A stretch of DNA of 64,000 nucleotides from a virus (IMGVR_UViG_3300037761_000271:22486-86485), one strand, 5' to 3'. Positions 44,920 to 55,789 are shown, counted from the stretch's first letter. Notes: generated by a model not told the origin, from the sequence alone. Translations and numbers: made by a program.

Positions 44920-47910
44920 GTGACCACCGTCCGGCAGTTCGATGGCACCGTTGGCGACGAGATCCTCTGCAACGTTGGTGCGCTTGCAGACATGGCCTAC
45001 GGCACCATCGCCGTGCTGTTCAAGACGGGCACCGGCGCCGGGGCGGGCGTCGACCGGGCGCTCATGCACCTGCACGACTCCAGCGGGTTCTTCGCCGGCG
45101 GGCTGTACGTCAACGCCGACGGTGACCTGGTCTGGCGGGCCTCCTCCAGCTCCGTCGCCGCCGTTGGGCTGGCCGACGGCGACTGGACGCTGCTGGTGGT
45201 GCGCAAGGCGTCCGGCACCACCGCACCACGGTTCAGCGTCTGGGACGAGGCCACCGACACGTGGACCCACCCGGACGGGGACACGGCCATCGCCGACTGG
45301 TTCGGGGCCGAGGGCGGCACGATCCGGTTCTCGTTCCAGGGCCTAGCGGACTTTTTCGACGGGGCGGTAGCTGCCCGCGCCGCGTGGGCCAACCGGCTGC
45401 CGTGGACAGCCGACGCGGCCGGCGACGCGGACATTGAGGCTGCCGGGCTCACCACCAACCTGGACAACTGGCGCGACGCCGACCCGGATGCGTCGTGGGG
45501 CTTCGGGCAGCCGACGGTCGTCTACAACGTGGAGGACCTGTCCGCTGGGCAGGCGGACGAGATCGACCGGGTCGGAACCACCGTCGTCGAGGACACCAGC
45601 CTCAGCTTCCAGTACGAGGGCGGCGGACTGCTCACCACCAGCCGCAACCACCTGCGCAGCACCCAGGATGAGCCGGGCTCCAGCGGGACCCTGTTCGACC
45701 TGTCCGAGACGCAGGGCACCCCGGGCACCGTGGGCCTGTCCACTTCCAGCGGCGGGTTCGTGGTGGTCCGCGAGTGGCACCGGGAAGTTGGCGCCACCGT
45801 CGGCTCGGCCAGCATCCCCACCTCGCTGCGGGTCACCGCGGTCAGCGCCTCCACCCTGCGGTACCGGTGGCGGGTCGACCAGTACGACAGCTCCGGAGTG
45901 CTCAAGGCCAGCAGCAACTACAGCACCGAGCACAACACCACCGGAATCAAGACCGAGACGCTGACGCTGACCACCACCTGGGCCGCCGGTGACCGGCTGC
46001 GGTTCAGGCTGGAGGAGCGCAAGGCCTCCGGCGGTGGCAGCCGCACCGTGACGGTGGGCCACAACGACCCGGACTCGTGGGCCGAGTTCGAGGTCGCGAC
46101 GGTCACCGACGCGACCGCCACCCCGGCAACGGTTGCGGTTACGGCCAGCGTCCCGGCCCCGGCCGCACAGGCCGGCGCCGCCCCCACCCCAGCGACGGTG
46201 GCCGTAGTTTCCGCGGCTGGTGCCGTGGTCGTCCAGGCCGGTGCAGCTGCCACCCCCGCGACAGTGGCCGTTGCCGCAGCCATCCCGGCCGTCGTCGCAC
46301 CCACCCAGACCGGGCTGATCTCCGGCACCGTCTCCGCCAACCCGGTCACCCTGTCCTGTGGGGTCGGCGAGCGGCTGATCTGCATCGCGTTCAGCCGCGG
46401 CGGCGGCACCACGTTCAGCGTCACCCCCAACGCCGGCGGCGCGTCCTGGATCAACCGGGTGGCCGAGGCGACCCTGCCAGCCAACGACCTGGCCCGCCGC
46501 TCACTCGGCGTGGCCGAGCTGGTCCCCACCAGCGGCATCACCGACGGGCTGTTCACCGCCGCATGGTCGGCCGATAGCACCGACGCTATCTGGCTGCGGG
46601 TCCAGGAGGGTGGCGCGTTCGGTTTCGCCGCCGCTGCCACCGCCGACTCCGATACCGGATCCGTCACGTCCCTGGCCACCGGTGACACCGCCTCGATCCC
46701 GGCCGGGGATCTGCTGCTGCTGGCCGCCGCGGCGATCCGCGACGGTGGTGCGGCCGGCATCGGCTGGGCCGCCACCGATGTGAACCCGGGGCTGGTCGGC
46801 GGCGGTAACTTGCTGCTGGACGCCTACGCCGGGAAGGGGGCGGGCGGGAACGCCGGCGCCGGCGGCTACCTGATCCTGGACGGGCAGGGCGTCGGGGTCA
46901 GGGCGGACACGGTCAGCCTGCCCGGTGGGGACGCCGTCAAGCGGATTACCGCCGCGCTGGTCGTCTGGTCCACGGGGGTCACCGCCGCCGCCGCCCCTTC
47001 CACGGTGGCGGCCGTGGCGGCCATCCCCGCACCGACGGTCACGACCAGCAGCAACGCCACCGCCACCCCTTCCACAGTGGCTGCGGTGGGAGCTGTTGCT
47101 CCGCCGGCCGTCCAGGCCGGTGCGGCCGCCACCCCCGCCACGGTTGCCGGCACGGCGGCGGTTCCGACCCCGGACATCTCCACCGGCGCCACACCCGTTC
47201 CGGTGGTGGTGGCCGTCGTCGGGGCCATCCCAGCCCCGACGGTTACGACCACCGGTGACGCCATCGCCACCCCGGCCACCGTCGCCGGTACCGCCACGGT
47301 CCCCGAGCCCACCGCCGAAGCCGGGGCCACCCCCACCCCGGCTACCGGCGCAGCCACGGCAGCCGTTCCATCGCCAACCGTCCAGGCCGGTGCGGCCCCG
47401 TCCACCTCCACCGTGGCCACGGTCGGCCAGGTCGGCACAGCGCAGGTGTCCGCGGGTGGGACCGCCGGTCCGGCCACCACCACGACGGTGGCCGGCATCC
47501 CCGCGCCGGCGCTGACGACCACCGGCGGCGCCACCGCCACACCAGCCACGCTCACCTGCACGGCCGACATCGACGCCGCCGTTGCCCAGGCCAGCGCCAC
47601 GGTAACCCCCACCACGACCAGCTGCACCGCAACCATCCCCGCCCCCGGGGTCACCGTCTCCGTCTCCGCTACCACCGTCACCGGCATCGCCGCGGTGCCG
47701 ACGGTGACGGTCACAACCGCTGCGACCATCACCGCCCAGACCGTCACAGCCGCGGCGACGGTCTGGGCGGTCACCGTCCAGGCCGGGGCCGCGTTCCCCG
47801 CCTGGGGTGTCGCAACCAGCGTCCCGGCCACCGGGCCCAGCGTCCGGGTGCTGGCGCCCACCGGCCCGACCGCAGCTGCTGTGCCACAGACCATCGGAGG
47901 CGGCGGATGA
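44920..47910 (+). CDS. Large virion protein: LamG-like N-terminus plus Ala/Thr/Pro/Val repeat stalk
   Basis: Beta-rich domains; recurring ATATPATVA/AIPAP motifs. Confidence 0.65.
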   Translation: MTTVRQFDGTVGDEILCNVGALADMAYGTIAVLFKTGTGAGAGVDRALMHLHDSSGFFAGGLYVNADGDLVWRASSSSVAAVGLADGDWTLLVVRKASGTTAPRFSVWDEATDTWTHPDGDTAIADWFGAEGGTIRFSFQGLADFFDGAVAARAAWANRLPWTADAAGDADIEAAGLTTNLDNWRDADPDASWGFGQPTVVYNVEDLSAGQADEIDRVGTTVVEDTSLSFQYEGGGLLTTSRNHLRSTQDEPGSSGTLFDLSETQGTPGTVGLSTSSGGFVVVREWHREVGATVGSASIPTSLRVTAVSASTLRYRWRVDQYDSSGVLKASSNYSTEHNTTGIKTETLTLTTTWAAGDRLRFRLEERKASGGGSRTVTVGHNDPDSWAEFEVATVTDATATPATVAVTASVPAPAAQAGAAPTPATVAVVSAAGAVVVQAGAAATPATVAVAAAIPAVVAPTQTGLISGTVSANPVTLSCGVGERLICIAFSRGGGTTFSVTPNAGGASWINRVAEATLPANDLARRSLGVAELVPTSGITDGLFTAAWSADSTDAIWLRVQEGGAFGFAAAATADSDTGSVTSLATGDTASIPAGDLLLLAAAAIRDGGAAGIGWAATDVNPGLVGGGNLLLDAYAGKGAGGNAGAGGYLILDGQGVGVRADTVSLPGGDAVKRITAALVVWSTGVTAAAAPSTVAAVAAIPAPTVTTSSNATATPSTVAAVGAVAPPAVQAGAAATPATVAGTAAVPTPDISTGATPVPVVVAVVGAIPAPTVTTTGDAIATPATVAGTATVPEPTAEAGATPTPATGAATAAVPSPTVQAGAAPSTSTVATVGQVGTAQVSAGGTAGPATTTTVAGIPAPALTTTGGATATPATLTCTADIDAAVAQASATVTPTTTSCTATIPAPGVTVSVSATTVTGIAAVPTVTVTTAATITAQTVTAAATVWAVTVQAGAAFPAWGVATSVPATGPSVRVLAPTGPTAAAVPQTIGGGG

Positions 47911-48743
47911 TCGACCTCGGTGACACGCACCAGGTGGCGGTAGAGATCCGCGACACCGACGGCCCCGCCGACCCGGCCACCGCCGTGCTCACGGTCACCC
48001 TGCCGGACCTGACCACCGACACCCCCGACGTGACCCTACCGCCAACGGTGACCGGCATCCTGCGGGTGGACTACCCGACCGTGCAGGCCGGGTTGCACCG
48101 GTGGCGGCTGGTCACCACCGACCCGATAACCGCCCACGGCGACACGTTCAACGTCACCGACCCGACCTGGCCGGCGCTGCCCGGGCTGCTGGAGGTCAAG
48201 AACCACCTGAACATCCCGGCCGCCGACACCACCGACGACGACGAGCTGCGCGGGTTCATCCTCTCCGCCTCCGCGGTGGTCGAGGACATCGTCGGGGTGG
48301 TCGCACCGAGGACTTTCGTCGAGACCGCCTCCGGCGGCGGGCGGCACATCGTGCTGGAACGGCGGCCGGTCATCTCCGTCACCCAGATCAAGGTGGGCGG
48401 GGTGGAGGTGGCCGCCAGCAACTGGACGGCGAGCCCGTCGGGGCTGGTCCGCTCCGAGAACGGCGACTGGCCGGCCGGGCTGCGCAACATCGAGGCCACC
48501 TACGTGGCCGGCCGGCCGATCGCATCGCCCAACGTGCTGGACGGAGTGATGGACCTGATCCGCATCAACTGGCGCCCGCAGGCCGGCGGCAACTACGGGG
48601 CGTTCGACGGCGGCCGGGGTGACGACTTCGGGCAGGCCGCCCTGGAGGCAAGCTTGCAGGGCCAGCTCAGATTGGGGTTCTTCGTGCCGAACACGGTCAC
48701 CCAGCGGCTGATACCGGACCGGCGCGGGCCGGTGGTGCTCTGA
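47907..48743 (+). CDS. Head-tail adaptor
   Basis: LLEVKNHLNI..DDDELRGFILSA..VTYVAG-like motif. Confidence 0.75.
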   Translation: MIDLGDTHQVAVEIRDTDGPADPATAVLTVTLPDLTTDTPDVTLPPTVTGILRVDYPTVQAGLHRWRLVTTDPITAHGDTFNVTDPTWPALPGLLEVKNHLNIPAADTTDDDELRGFILSASAVVEDIVGVVAPRTFVETASGGGRHIVLERRPVISVTQIKVGGVEVAASNWTASPSGLVRSENGDWPAGLRNIEATYVAGRPIASPNVLDGVMDLIRINWRPQAGGNYGAFDGGRGDDFGQAALEASLQGQLRLGFFVPNTVTQRLIPDRRGPVVL

Positions 48744-49204
48744 TGGCCTCCTCGATACCGGCAGCCCTGGACTACCTGGTCGCCGCGGTCCGGGACCTGC
48801 CCGAGGCCGGGCCGCCGGTGGCGGTCAGCGACGGCTGGCCGGTGCAACGCTCCGACGACGAGATCGTCATCGGGATCGACACCGACGACGGAAACTCGCA
48901 GGTGGGCGCGGACTACGCCCAGCTGTCCCGGATGGAGGAGGAGGAGGTGGCGGTGCCGTGCGTGGTGGCGGTGCGCCGTGGCGGCTCCGACGCGGCCTCG
49001 GCCGCCCGGACCGCCGCGTTCGGCCTGCTGGACGCGGTCCGCGGCCTGGTCGCCTCCGACCGGACCCTGGGTGGTGCGGTGCGGCAGGGCCTACCCGCCC
49101 GGGTGGCCGGGTGGACGATGGCTCAGACCAGCGACGCCCAGCAGGCCGGTGAGGGCCGGGTCTGCCAGATCACGTTCACCTTGACGTGGCGGCATCGGGG
49201 CTAG
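48743..49204 (+). CDS. Tail terminator-like protein
   Basis: SSIPAALDYL..DRTLGG; synteny. Confidence 0.6.
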   Translation: MASSIPAALDYLVAAVRDLPEAGPPVAVSDGWPVQRSDDEIVIGIDTDDGNSQVGADYAQLSRMEEEEVAVPCVVAVRRGGSDAASAARTAAFGLLDAVRGLVASDRTLGGAVRQGLPARVAGWTMAQTSDAQQAGEGRVCQITFTLTWRHRG

Positions 49205-49532
49205 CCCTCCGGCGGGTGCTGTAGGCCAGCCACCCGGCTCCGACACCACCCGCCCCACCGGCGGCGAGCACCAGCACCGCAACGTTGCGCCAGGCCGCCC
49301 GCCGGTCGTGGCAAGCGGCGCTGATCCCACCCACCACCCCGGTGCGCAGTCCGGCGCCGCCGAGCGTGTCACGCAGGTCGGCCCGGAACGGCTCCGCACT
49401 GTCGACGAACGCCGACCCGCAGGTGACGCCGTACGCGGACAGCGGCAGGAAGCCGACCGCCAGCCCAAGTGCCAGCACCCCGGCCGCGGCCAGGGCCACA
49501 AGCCGCGTGCGCGGCGTGTTCGCAGGGGTCAT
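49176..49532 (-). CDS. Antisense membrane protein (moron)
   Basis: Two TM segments, CGS..C; leaderless TAGCGT-7 nt-ATG. Confidence 0.65.
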   Translation of the reverse strand: MTPANTPRTRLVALAAAGVLALGLAVGFLPLSAYGVTCGSAFVDSAEPFRADLRDTLGGAGLRTGVVGGISAACHDRRAAWRNVAVLVLAAGGAGGVGAGWLAYSTRRRASPDAATSR

Positions 49533-49579
49533 GCCGCGCACGCTACACCGCACACCCTGGGTGCGCATGGGGGTGAACC

Positions 49580-49996
49580 GTGGCCTCCGACTTCTCCGCC
49601 CAGCTTCACATGGCCGGCGCGCACCTACGGGCCATGTCCCGGCAGGTCCGCTCGAAGACCCGCCCGGCGCTGAAGAAGGCCGCGGAGCCGATGGTCGCCC
49701 AGGCCAGGTCCAACGCGTCCTGGTCGACCCGCATCCCCGGTGCGATCCGACTGGCAGTCACCGCACGCGGCGTGGACATCCGCGTCTCCAGCAAGAAAGC
49801 CCCCCACGCCCGGCCCTACGAGGGAATCGGCGGTAACGCCACCTTCCGGCATCCGGTGATGGGCAACCGGGACCGGTGGGTGTCACAGGACACGAGGCCG
49901 TTCCTGATGCCGGCGGTGAGGCAGCACCAGGGCAAGGTGCGGGCCGCGCTGATCCAGGTGGTGCAGGACGCCGCCACCACACACGGATACAAGTAG
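49580..49996 (+). CDS. HK97 gp10-like tail completion protein
   Basis: APHARPYEG..FRHPV..TRPFLMPA. Confidence 0.8.
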   Translation: MASDFSAQLHMAGAHLRAMSRQVRSKTRPALKKAAEPMVAQARSNASWSTRIPGAIRLAVTARGVDIRVSSKKAPHARPYEGIGGNATFRHPVMGNRDRWVSQDTRPFLMPAVRQHQGKVRAALIQVVQDAATTHGYK

Positions 49997-50006
49997 AGGA
50001 GTACCG

Positions 50007-50507
50007 ATGGCCCCGGCACCGCTGAACACCACCGAAAGGTACATCAACCCGGAGGTGACGGTCACCTACTGGCTGACCCTCTGCGCCAACATCAACGCAC
50101 CGACCCGGGAGGAGTTGGACGCCGGGACCAGCGTGGACCTGACCGGTGAGACCGCCGGCATGTCCGGCTGGGAGGTCAGCGCCGAGCGGGTGGCCGTGCC
50201 CGACCTCGGGTCCAAGAAGACCGGTCGGATCACCGGCCGGGTCAACCCGGGCGACGCGCAGATCGTCTACTACGCCAGCAGCGACACGGCCGATGTGCGG
50301 GACGTGAAGGCCCGCGGCGACACCGGATTCATTTTCATCGCCGACGGCGGGGACATCGAAGGGCAGAAGGCGCGGATGTTCGCCGTCGAGGTCTCCTCGC
50401 TCACGCCGACGGTGGACGTGGCCGGCACCGAGGGTGCCCGGATCATGGTCGACTACTCGATCAACGACTGGGCCGAGGAGGTCACCATCCCGGCCGAGTC
50501 GTCGTGA
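50007..50507 (+). CDS. Major tail protein
   Basis: INAPTREELDAGTSVDLT; synteny. Confidence 0.8.
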   Translation: MAPAPLNTTERYINPEVTVTYWLTLCANINAPTREELDAGTSVDLTGETAGMSGWEVSAERVAVPDLGSKKTGRITGRVNPGDAQIVYYASSDTADVRDVKARGDTGFIFIADGGDIEGQKARMFAVEVSSLTPTVDVAGTEGARIMVDYSINDWAEEVTIPAESS

Positions 50508-51136
50508 CCGCACCCCGTAAGCGGGCGCCGGCCAGGCGCCGGACCAGGACGGCCGCGGCCGCTGGGCAGTCACAGCGTGACCGGCTGCTCGGCAGGCCAC
50601 GGCCGTTCCTCGCGTTTCGGCTGCTGGTGGACCAGGCCGGGGCGGAGGCGGCCCGGGCGGAGCTGGCCCGGGTGCAGGCCGCGACCCGCCCGGCGCTGGT
50701 GCGCGAGGCCGAGGGCACCCCGAAGCAGCGGCAGGCGACCAGACGCCGCACCGACGCGGAGGCGGCAGTCGATGCCTGCTACGAGACGCTGACCCTGCGG
50801 GCCCTCCCACCGGCCCGGTGGGAGGAACTGTCCGCCGCGCATCCGCCGACGGCCGCCCAGATGGACCGGTGCAAGGCGGAGCGGGAGCAGGCCGCCAAGC
50901 GGGGCGAGGAGCCGCTGGACTGGCCCAGCTACGACGACGCCACGTTCTGGCCGGCGGCCCTGGCCGAGTGCGTCGACGGGGACATGACCGGCGACGACTG
51001 GACGGCGTTCCTGGCCGAGCATGTGTCCCGCGGCGAGGTCCGCGGGCTGAAACTCGCCGTGTTGCAGGTGAACACCGCCGAGCGGGTCGCCGATCCGCTG
51101 GTGCTCCCAAAAGGCTGGACCGGGACGACCAGCTAG
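50504..51136 (+). CDS. Tail assembly chaperone (G)
   Basis: TLRALPPARWEEL..AHPP; position before the tape measure gene. Confidence 0.8.
   Translation: MTAPRKRAPARRRTRTAAAAGQSQRDRLLGRPRPFLAFRLLVDQAGAEAARAELARVQAATRPALVREAEGTPKQRQATRRRTDAEAAVDACYETLTLRALPPARWEELSAAHPPTAAQMDRCKAEREQAAKRGEEPLDWPSYDDATFWPAALAECVDGDMTGDDWTAFLAEHVSRGEVRGLKLAVLQVNTAERVADPLVLPKGWTGTTS
51106..51112 (+). promoter_or_regulatory. -1 ribosomal frameshift site producing the G-T chaperone (extends to 51441)
   Basis: C CCA AAA slippery heptamer; the -1 frame continues as RLDRDDQLALELMVCRAY.. Confidence 0.8.
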
Positions 51137-51444
51137 CCCTGGAGCTGATGGTATGCCGCGCCTACCGGCTCCCCCACTCGGCGTTCCTCGGCTGGCGCAA
51201 GGACGACCGGGACAAGGCGATCTGGGAGCTTGCCCGCTCCCGGCAGGTGTGTCACGGCTGCGGCACCCGCGAGGCGGAGTGGCTTCCGTCCGAGGGCGGT
51301 AGCCGCCACGCGTACCGGGCCGAGGAGCACATCTGCCCCGGCTGCGAGGTGCTGGAGTACGGCCGGGAGAAGGTCGCCAAGCAGAAGACGCAGGCCAAGG
51401 GTGCGCACATCCGGCTGGTCCGCACACGGGTGAGGCGGTGACCG

Positions 51445-54321
51445 GTGCCGACCAAGGATCTGCACCATAAGCTGACCGGCGACTCGACCAGCCTGGAGCG
51501 GGCGCTGCACCGCGGCGACTCCGCGATGCAGAAGGCGGCGCGGGAGGCCCGCCGGCTGGAGGCCGAGCAGCGCCGGTTGCAGCAGGCGATGGCGTCGGTC
51601 GGCCGGGGGGTGCTGGTCGCCGGGGCGGCGATCGCCGCCGGGCTGGCCCTGTCGGTGCGGGCCGCGATCGAATGGGAGACCGCCTGGGCCGGGGTCCTCA
51701 AAACGGTCGACGGCACCGATACGCAGATGGCTGCCCTTGAGGAGGAGATCCGCTCCCTGACCGGGGTGCTGCCCGCCTCCCACCGGGAGATCGCGGCGGT
51801 CGCTGAGGCGGCCGGCCAGCTGGGCATCCAACGGGAAGACATCGCCGCCTTCACCAAGGTCATGATCGACATGGGTGAGGCTACCAACCTCACCTCGGAT
51901 GAGGCCGCCACCGCCCTGGCGCGGCTGATGAACATCATGCAGACCGCCCCGGCCGACGTGTCCCGGCTGGCGTCCGCGATCGTCGATCTGGGCAACAAGG
52001 GCGCCACCACCGAGAGCGAGATCACCGAGATGGCGCTGCGGATCGCCGGCGCCGGGGCGACGATCGGCCTGTCCGAGCAGCAGGTGCTGGCGTGGGCCGC
52101 CGCGCTGAGCAATGTGGGCATCCGCGCCGAGGCCGGCGGGTCGGCGATCTCCCGCGTGTTCCTGGAGATCGACACCGCGGTGTCGATGGGTGGGGAGAAG
52201 CTGGAAGTCTTCGCCCGCACCGCGGGTATGACCGCCGCCAAGTTCCAGCAGGCGTACCAGCGTGACGCCGGCGGGGCGATCGCCGCCTTCGTGCAGGGCT
52301 TGTCCCGGGTGCAGGAGTCCGGCGGCGACGTGAACGCGATCCTGCGTGAGCTGGGGATCACCGAGATCCGCACCTCGGATGCGCTGCGGCGGCTGGCCGG
52401 GTCCGGCGACAACCTGACCCGCACGTTGCGGATCAGCTCGCAGGCGTGGGATGAGAACACCGCCCTGGCCGCCGAGGCGGAGCGGCGCTACGGCACCACC
52501 GCCGCGCAGCTGCGGATCGCCAGGAACCAGGTCAACGACTTCGCCATCGACATGGGGAACACCTTCCTGCCGATCCTGGGGGCGGCGGCGGAGCATGCGG
52601 CGGCCCTGGCCGGTGTCATCGGCGACCTGCCCGGGCCGGTGAAGGCAGCCCTGGCCGTGATCGCCGCGGCCACCGCCGGCCTGCTGCTGCTGTCCGGTGC
52701 CGCCCTGGTGGCCATCCCCCGGATCGTCGCCGTCAGCGCCGCCCTGGACACGTGGTCGGCGTCCTCAGCCCGGGGTGCTGCCGCGGTCGGGCTGTTCCGC
52801 CGGGCGGTGGGTGCGGTGCCGCTGGGCCCGCTGACCGCCGCGTTCGCCGTCGCGACCGTCGTGGTCGGCATCTTCGCCGCCAAGCAGGCCGAGTCGAAGG
52901 CCCGGGTGGAGGAGCTGTCCCAGACGCTGGACCAGCAGACCGGATCCATCACCGACAACACCCGGGCGTGGGTGGCGCATGAGCTGGAGACCCGCGGGGT
53001 GCTGGAGGCGGCCGAGCGGCTGGGCCTGGATCTGGCCACGCTCACCGACGCGATCACCGGCGAGCGTGCCGCGCTCGACCAGGTCAACCGGGTCATCGAC
53101 GAGAACACCGTCTCCCGTGGCTTCCAGGCGGCGAACACCGCTGACCTGATCCGGCTGGGTCAGGAGCACAAGCAGACGTTGCTGGCCCAGGGCGTCTCCG
53201 AGCGCGACGCGACCAAGCAGTCGATCGCCTTCACGGAGGCGCTGGCCGGGCAGCATTCGGCCGCTGCCCAGGTGCAGGGCGCCACCCGTGGCCTGACCGG
53301 TGATGTCGAGGATGCGGTGGCGGCGCAGCAGCGGCAGGCGGAGGCCAGCGGTCAGGCCGCCGAGGAGATGGAGTCCCTGGATCCGGCTACCCGTGATCTG
53401 GCCGGCGCGTTTGACGTGGCTGCCTCGTCGGCGGAGGATGTCGCCGCCGCGGTCGATGACCTGGACAAGGAGCTTAAGCAGCTGTTCGACCGGGTGTTCG
53501 GCCTGTCCAACGCCCAGGATGATCTTGCCGATGCGTTCGATGCGTTGACCGAGCAGATCCAGCAGCAGAAGGACGCCGGGGTTGAGGGCGCGGGTGCGCT
53601 GGACGGGATGACCGAGGCCGCCCGGGAGAACCGTGACCTGGCGCAGCAGCTGCTGGAGAAGTACGGTGCGCTGACGCTGGAGACGATCCGGCAGACCGGC
53701 TCCCAGGAGGACGCCGAGAAGGCCGCCGCCGACTTCAAGACCGCGCTGGAGGAGCTGGCCGAGGAAACCGGCACCAATGTGGAGGAGCTTGAGGGCTACA
53801 ACGACGTGGTGGCCGAGATCGAGCGGCTGATCCGGGTCACGTTCGAGACCCCTGGGGTGACTGCGGCGGAGGCGGCGGCGAAGCGGCTGCGGGAGCAGCT
53901 CGCCAACATCGACCGGTTTGTGACCATCACGTTCCGGAGCTCCGGTGCCGCGTCGGTGGGCTCTTTCCGGGTGCCGGGGTTGCAGCACGGCGGCGAGGTC
54001 GCCGGGTCGCTGTCCGCACCACCGGACTCGCGGCTGATCGCGGCCACCCCGGGCGAGTTCATGATCCGCCGGCAGGTGGCGCAGCCGAACCTGGCCGCGG
54101 TGGCGGCGTTCAACGCCACCGGCCGTTGGCCGGTGGGCGGCGGCGGATCCGGCGGCGGCGCGGGGTTCGCCGGCGCCAGCGGCGGCCAGTTCACCGGTGC
54201 CCTGTACCTGGACTCCGGGCAGCTGCTGGGCCTGGTGCGGGGGGAGATCCGGCAGGGTCAGGCCGCCCATGACCGGGAGCTGCTACGTGGGATCGGGCAG
54301 GGGGTGGGTGCGGCGCCATGA
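51445..54321 (+). CDS. Tape measure protein (TP901-like)
   Basis: WETAWAGVLKTVDG, LGNKGATTESEI, GIRAEAGGSA. Confidence 0.93.
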   Translation: MPTKDLHHKLTGDSTSLERALHRGDSAMQKAAREARRLEAEQRRLQQAMASVGRGVLVAGAAIAAGLALSVRAAIEWETAWAGVLKTVDGTDTQMAALEEEIRSLTGVLPASHREIAAVAEAAGQLGIQREDIAAFTKVMIDMGEATNLTSDEAATALARLMNIMQTAPADVSRLASAIVDLGNKGATTESEITEMALRIAGAGATIGLSEQQVLAWAAALSNVGIRAEAGGSAISRVFLEIDTAVSMGGEKLEVFARTAGMTAAKFQQAYQRDAGGAIAAFVQGLSRVQESGGDVNAILRELGITEIRTSDALRRLAGSGDNLTRTLRISSQAWDENTALAAEAERRYGTTAAQLRIARNQVNDFAIDMGNTFLPILGAAAEHAAALAGVIGDLPGPVKAALAVIAAATAGLLLLSGAALVAIPRIVAVSAALDTWSASSARGAAAVGLFRRAVGAVPLGPLTAAFAVATVVVGIFAAKQAESKARVEELSQTLDQQTGSITDNTRAWVAHELETRGVLEAAERLGLDLATLTDAITGERAALDQVNRVIDENTVSRGFQAANTADLIRLGQEHKQTLLAQGVSERDATKQSIAFTEALAGQHSAAAQVQGATRGLTGDVEDAVAAQQRQAEASGQAAEEMESLDPATRDLAGAFDVAASSAEDVAAAVDDLDKELKQLFDRVFGLSNAQDDLADAFDALTEQIQQQKDAGVEGAGALDGMTEAARENRDLAQQLLEKYGALTLETIRQTGSQEDAEKAAADFKTALEELAEETGTNVEELEGYNDVVAEIERLIRVTFETPGVTAAEAAAKRLREQLANIDRFVTITFRSSGAASVGSFRVPGLQHGGEVAGSLSAPPDSRLIAATPGEFMIRRQVAQPNLAAVAAFNATGRWPVGGGGSGGGAGFAGASGGQFTGALYLDSGQLLGLVRGEIRQGQAAHDRELLRGIGQGVGAAP

Positions 54322-55214
54322 CCGTGGACCTGTCTACCTTCGACCCGGTGCTGTCGCGGCAGTTGATCGCCATCTCCGGGTTCTCCAACGGGGCGGTTCG
54401 GGTGGAGCGTTCGCTGACATCCGGGTTCAACCTGGCCTCGATCGTGCGCGGCGGGGTGGCGCTTCCGATCTCCGGCGGGGTGGGGCAGCTGTGGGACGCC
54501 GAGTTTCACGCCGACATGCTCAACCACTACCGGGTCACACAAGCCTCATTGGAGGATGTCATGGAGGTTTACTCCGCCAGCGACACGTGGACGAAGGCCG
54601 ACTACCCCGGCCTGGTCGCGGTCTGGGGCTGGTGCGTCGGCCCCGGCGCCGGCGGCGGCGGGTGCGCCACCACCGCAGCCGGTGAGGCGGCGGAGGGCGC
54701 GGGCGGCGGTGCGGGCGAGATCCGCCCGTTCTTTGTCGAGGCCGCATCGCTGGGCACCACCGAGACCATCACCATCCCCACCGGGGGTGCCGGCGGGACG
54801 GCTGGCGCCAACAACGGCTCCGCCGGTAGCGGGTCGACCAGCTTCGGGTCGCACGTGTCCGCCGGCTCCGGTGTGGGTGGCGCCGGAGGTGCGGCAACAT
54901 CGACCAACAACCAGAACGGTGGCGGCACCGGCGGCACCGGCGGATCCGGCGGGCTGCTGTCGATCCCGGGCGAGTTCGGGGAGAACGGCACAGTCCGCAG
55001 CGCCCAGCCCAGCTTCGCCAACCGGGGCGGCGGGTGCATGTTCGGCCCGGGCGCGCGGACCGCGCACAGCTTCGCCACCAACGGCACCACCCCGGCCGGC
55101 GGGTTCGGCGGCGGCGGCTCCGGCGGCCGCAACAACGCATCCCAGGGCACCGCCCGATCCGGCGGCGCCGGCCGGGGCGGCGGACTAATCCTCAACTACC
55201 TCATGGCCACCTGA
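54318..55214 (+). CDS. Minor tail protein with glycine-rich domain
   Basis: GGAGG repeats; post-TMP position. Confidence 0.7.
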   Translation: MTVDLSTFDPVLSRQLIAISGFSNGAVRVERSLTSGFNLASIVRGGVALPISGGVGQLWDAEFHADMLNHYRVTQASLEDVMEVYSASDTWTKADYPGLVAVWGWCVGPGAGGGGCATTAAGEAAEGAGGGAGEIRPFFVEAASLGTTETITIPTGGAGGTAGANNGSAGSGSTSFGSHVSAGSGVGGAGGAATSTNNQNGGGTGGTGGSGGLLSIPGEFGENGTVRSAQPSFANRGGGCMFGPGARTAHSFATNGTTPAGGFGGGGSGGRNNASQGTARSGGAGRGGGLILNYLMAT

Positions 55215-55789
55215 TGTCGGAGACCGCCAGCACTACCCCCAGCCTGGCCGGCAGGGTGTGGCTGAAGTCGATCAGTCATCCGGACCGCAACCGGGTCGTG
55301 CGGGTGGCCGACTACGGGGATGTCGAGCACGCCGACCGGTCCGGCATCTTCCCGGTGGAGGGTCGGGCGTTGCCGACCGGGGTGGAGGAGCTGGCCGGCG
55401 GCCGGGACCACGTGCTGGTGCTGGCCACCGAGGCGCAGGCCGATGAGGACCAGCTGGCGGTGACGCTCCGCTTGGGCGGGGTGTTCTTCATCCACGTGCC
55501 CACCGAGGCGGTGACGGGCATCGAAGGCAACACGCTGCTGCCCGGCAGCATGTACGTCATGATCGGCCGGCCGGTGAAACGCCGACTCGGCGGGGTGTCC
55601 CGGGTGCACCACTACATCCTGCCGCTGACCGAGGTCACCCCACCCGGGCCGGACGTGGTCGGCACCACCATCACCGTCGCCGGGCTGATCGAGCTGCACG
55701 GCTCGATCGAAGCGCTGTGGGCCGCCTACCCGACGATCCGCGACGTGTGGGATGAGATCGGCTCCGGCGAGTCGCTGCTACCTATCTGA
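55214..55789 (+). CDS. Minor tail protein (Dit-like C-terminal part)
   Basis: TPSLAGRVWLKSI..; synteny. Confidence 0.6.
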   Translation: MSETASTTPSLAGRVWLKSISHPDRNRVVRVADYGDVEHADRSGIFPVEGRALPTGVEELAGGRDHVLVLATEAQADEDQLAVTLRLGGVFFIHVPTEAVTGIEGNTLLPGSMYVMIGRPVKRRLGGVSRVHHYILPLTEVTPPGPDVVGTTITVAGLIELHGSIEALWAAYPTIRDVWDEIGSGESLLPI

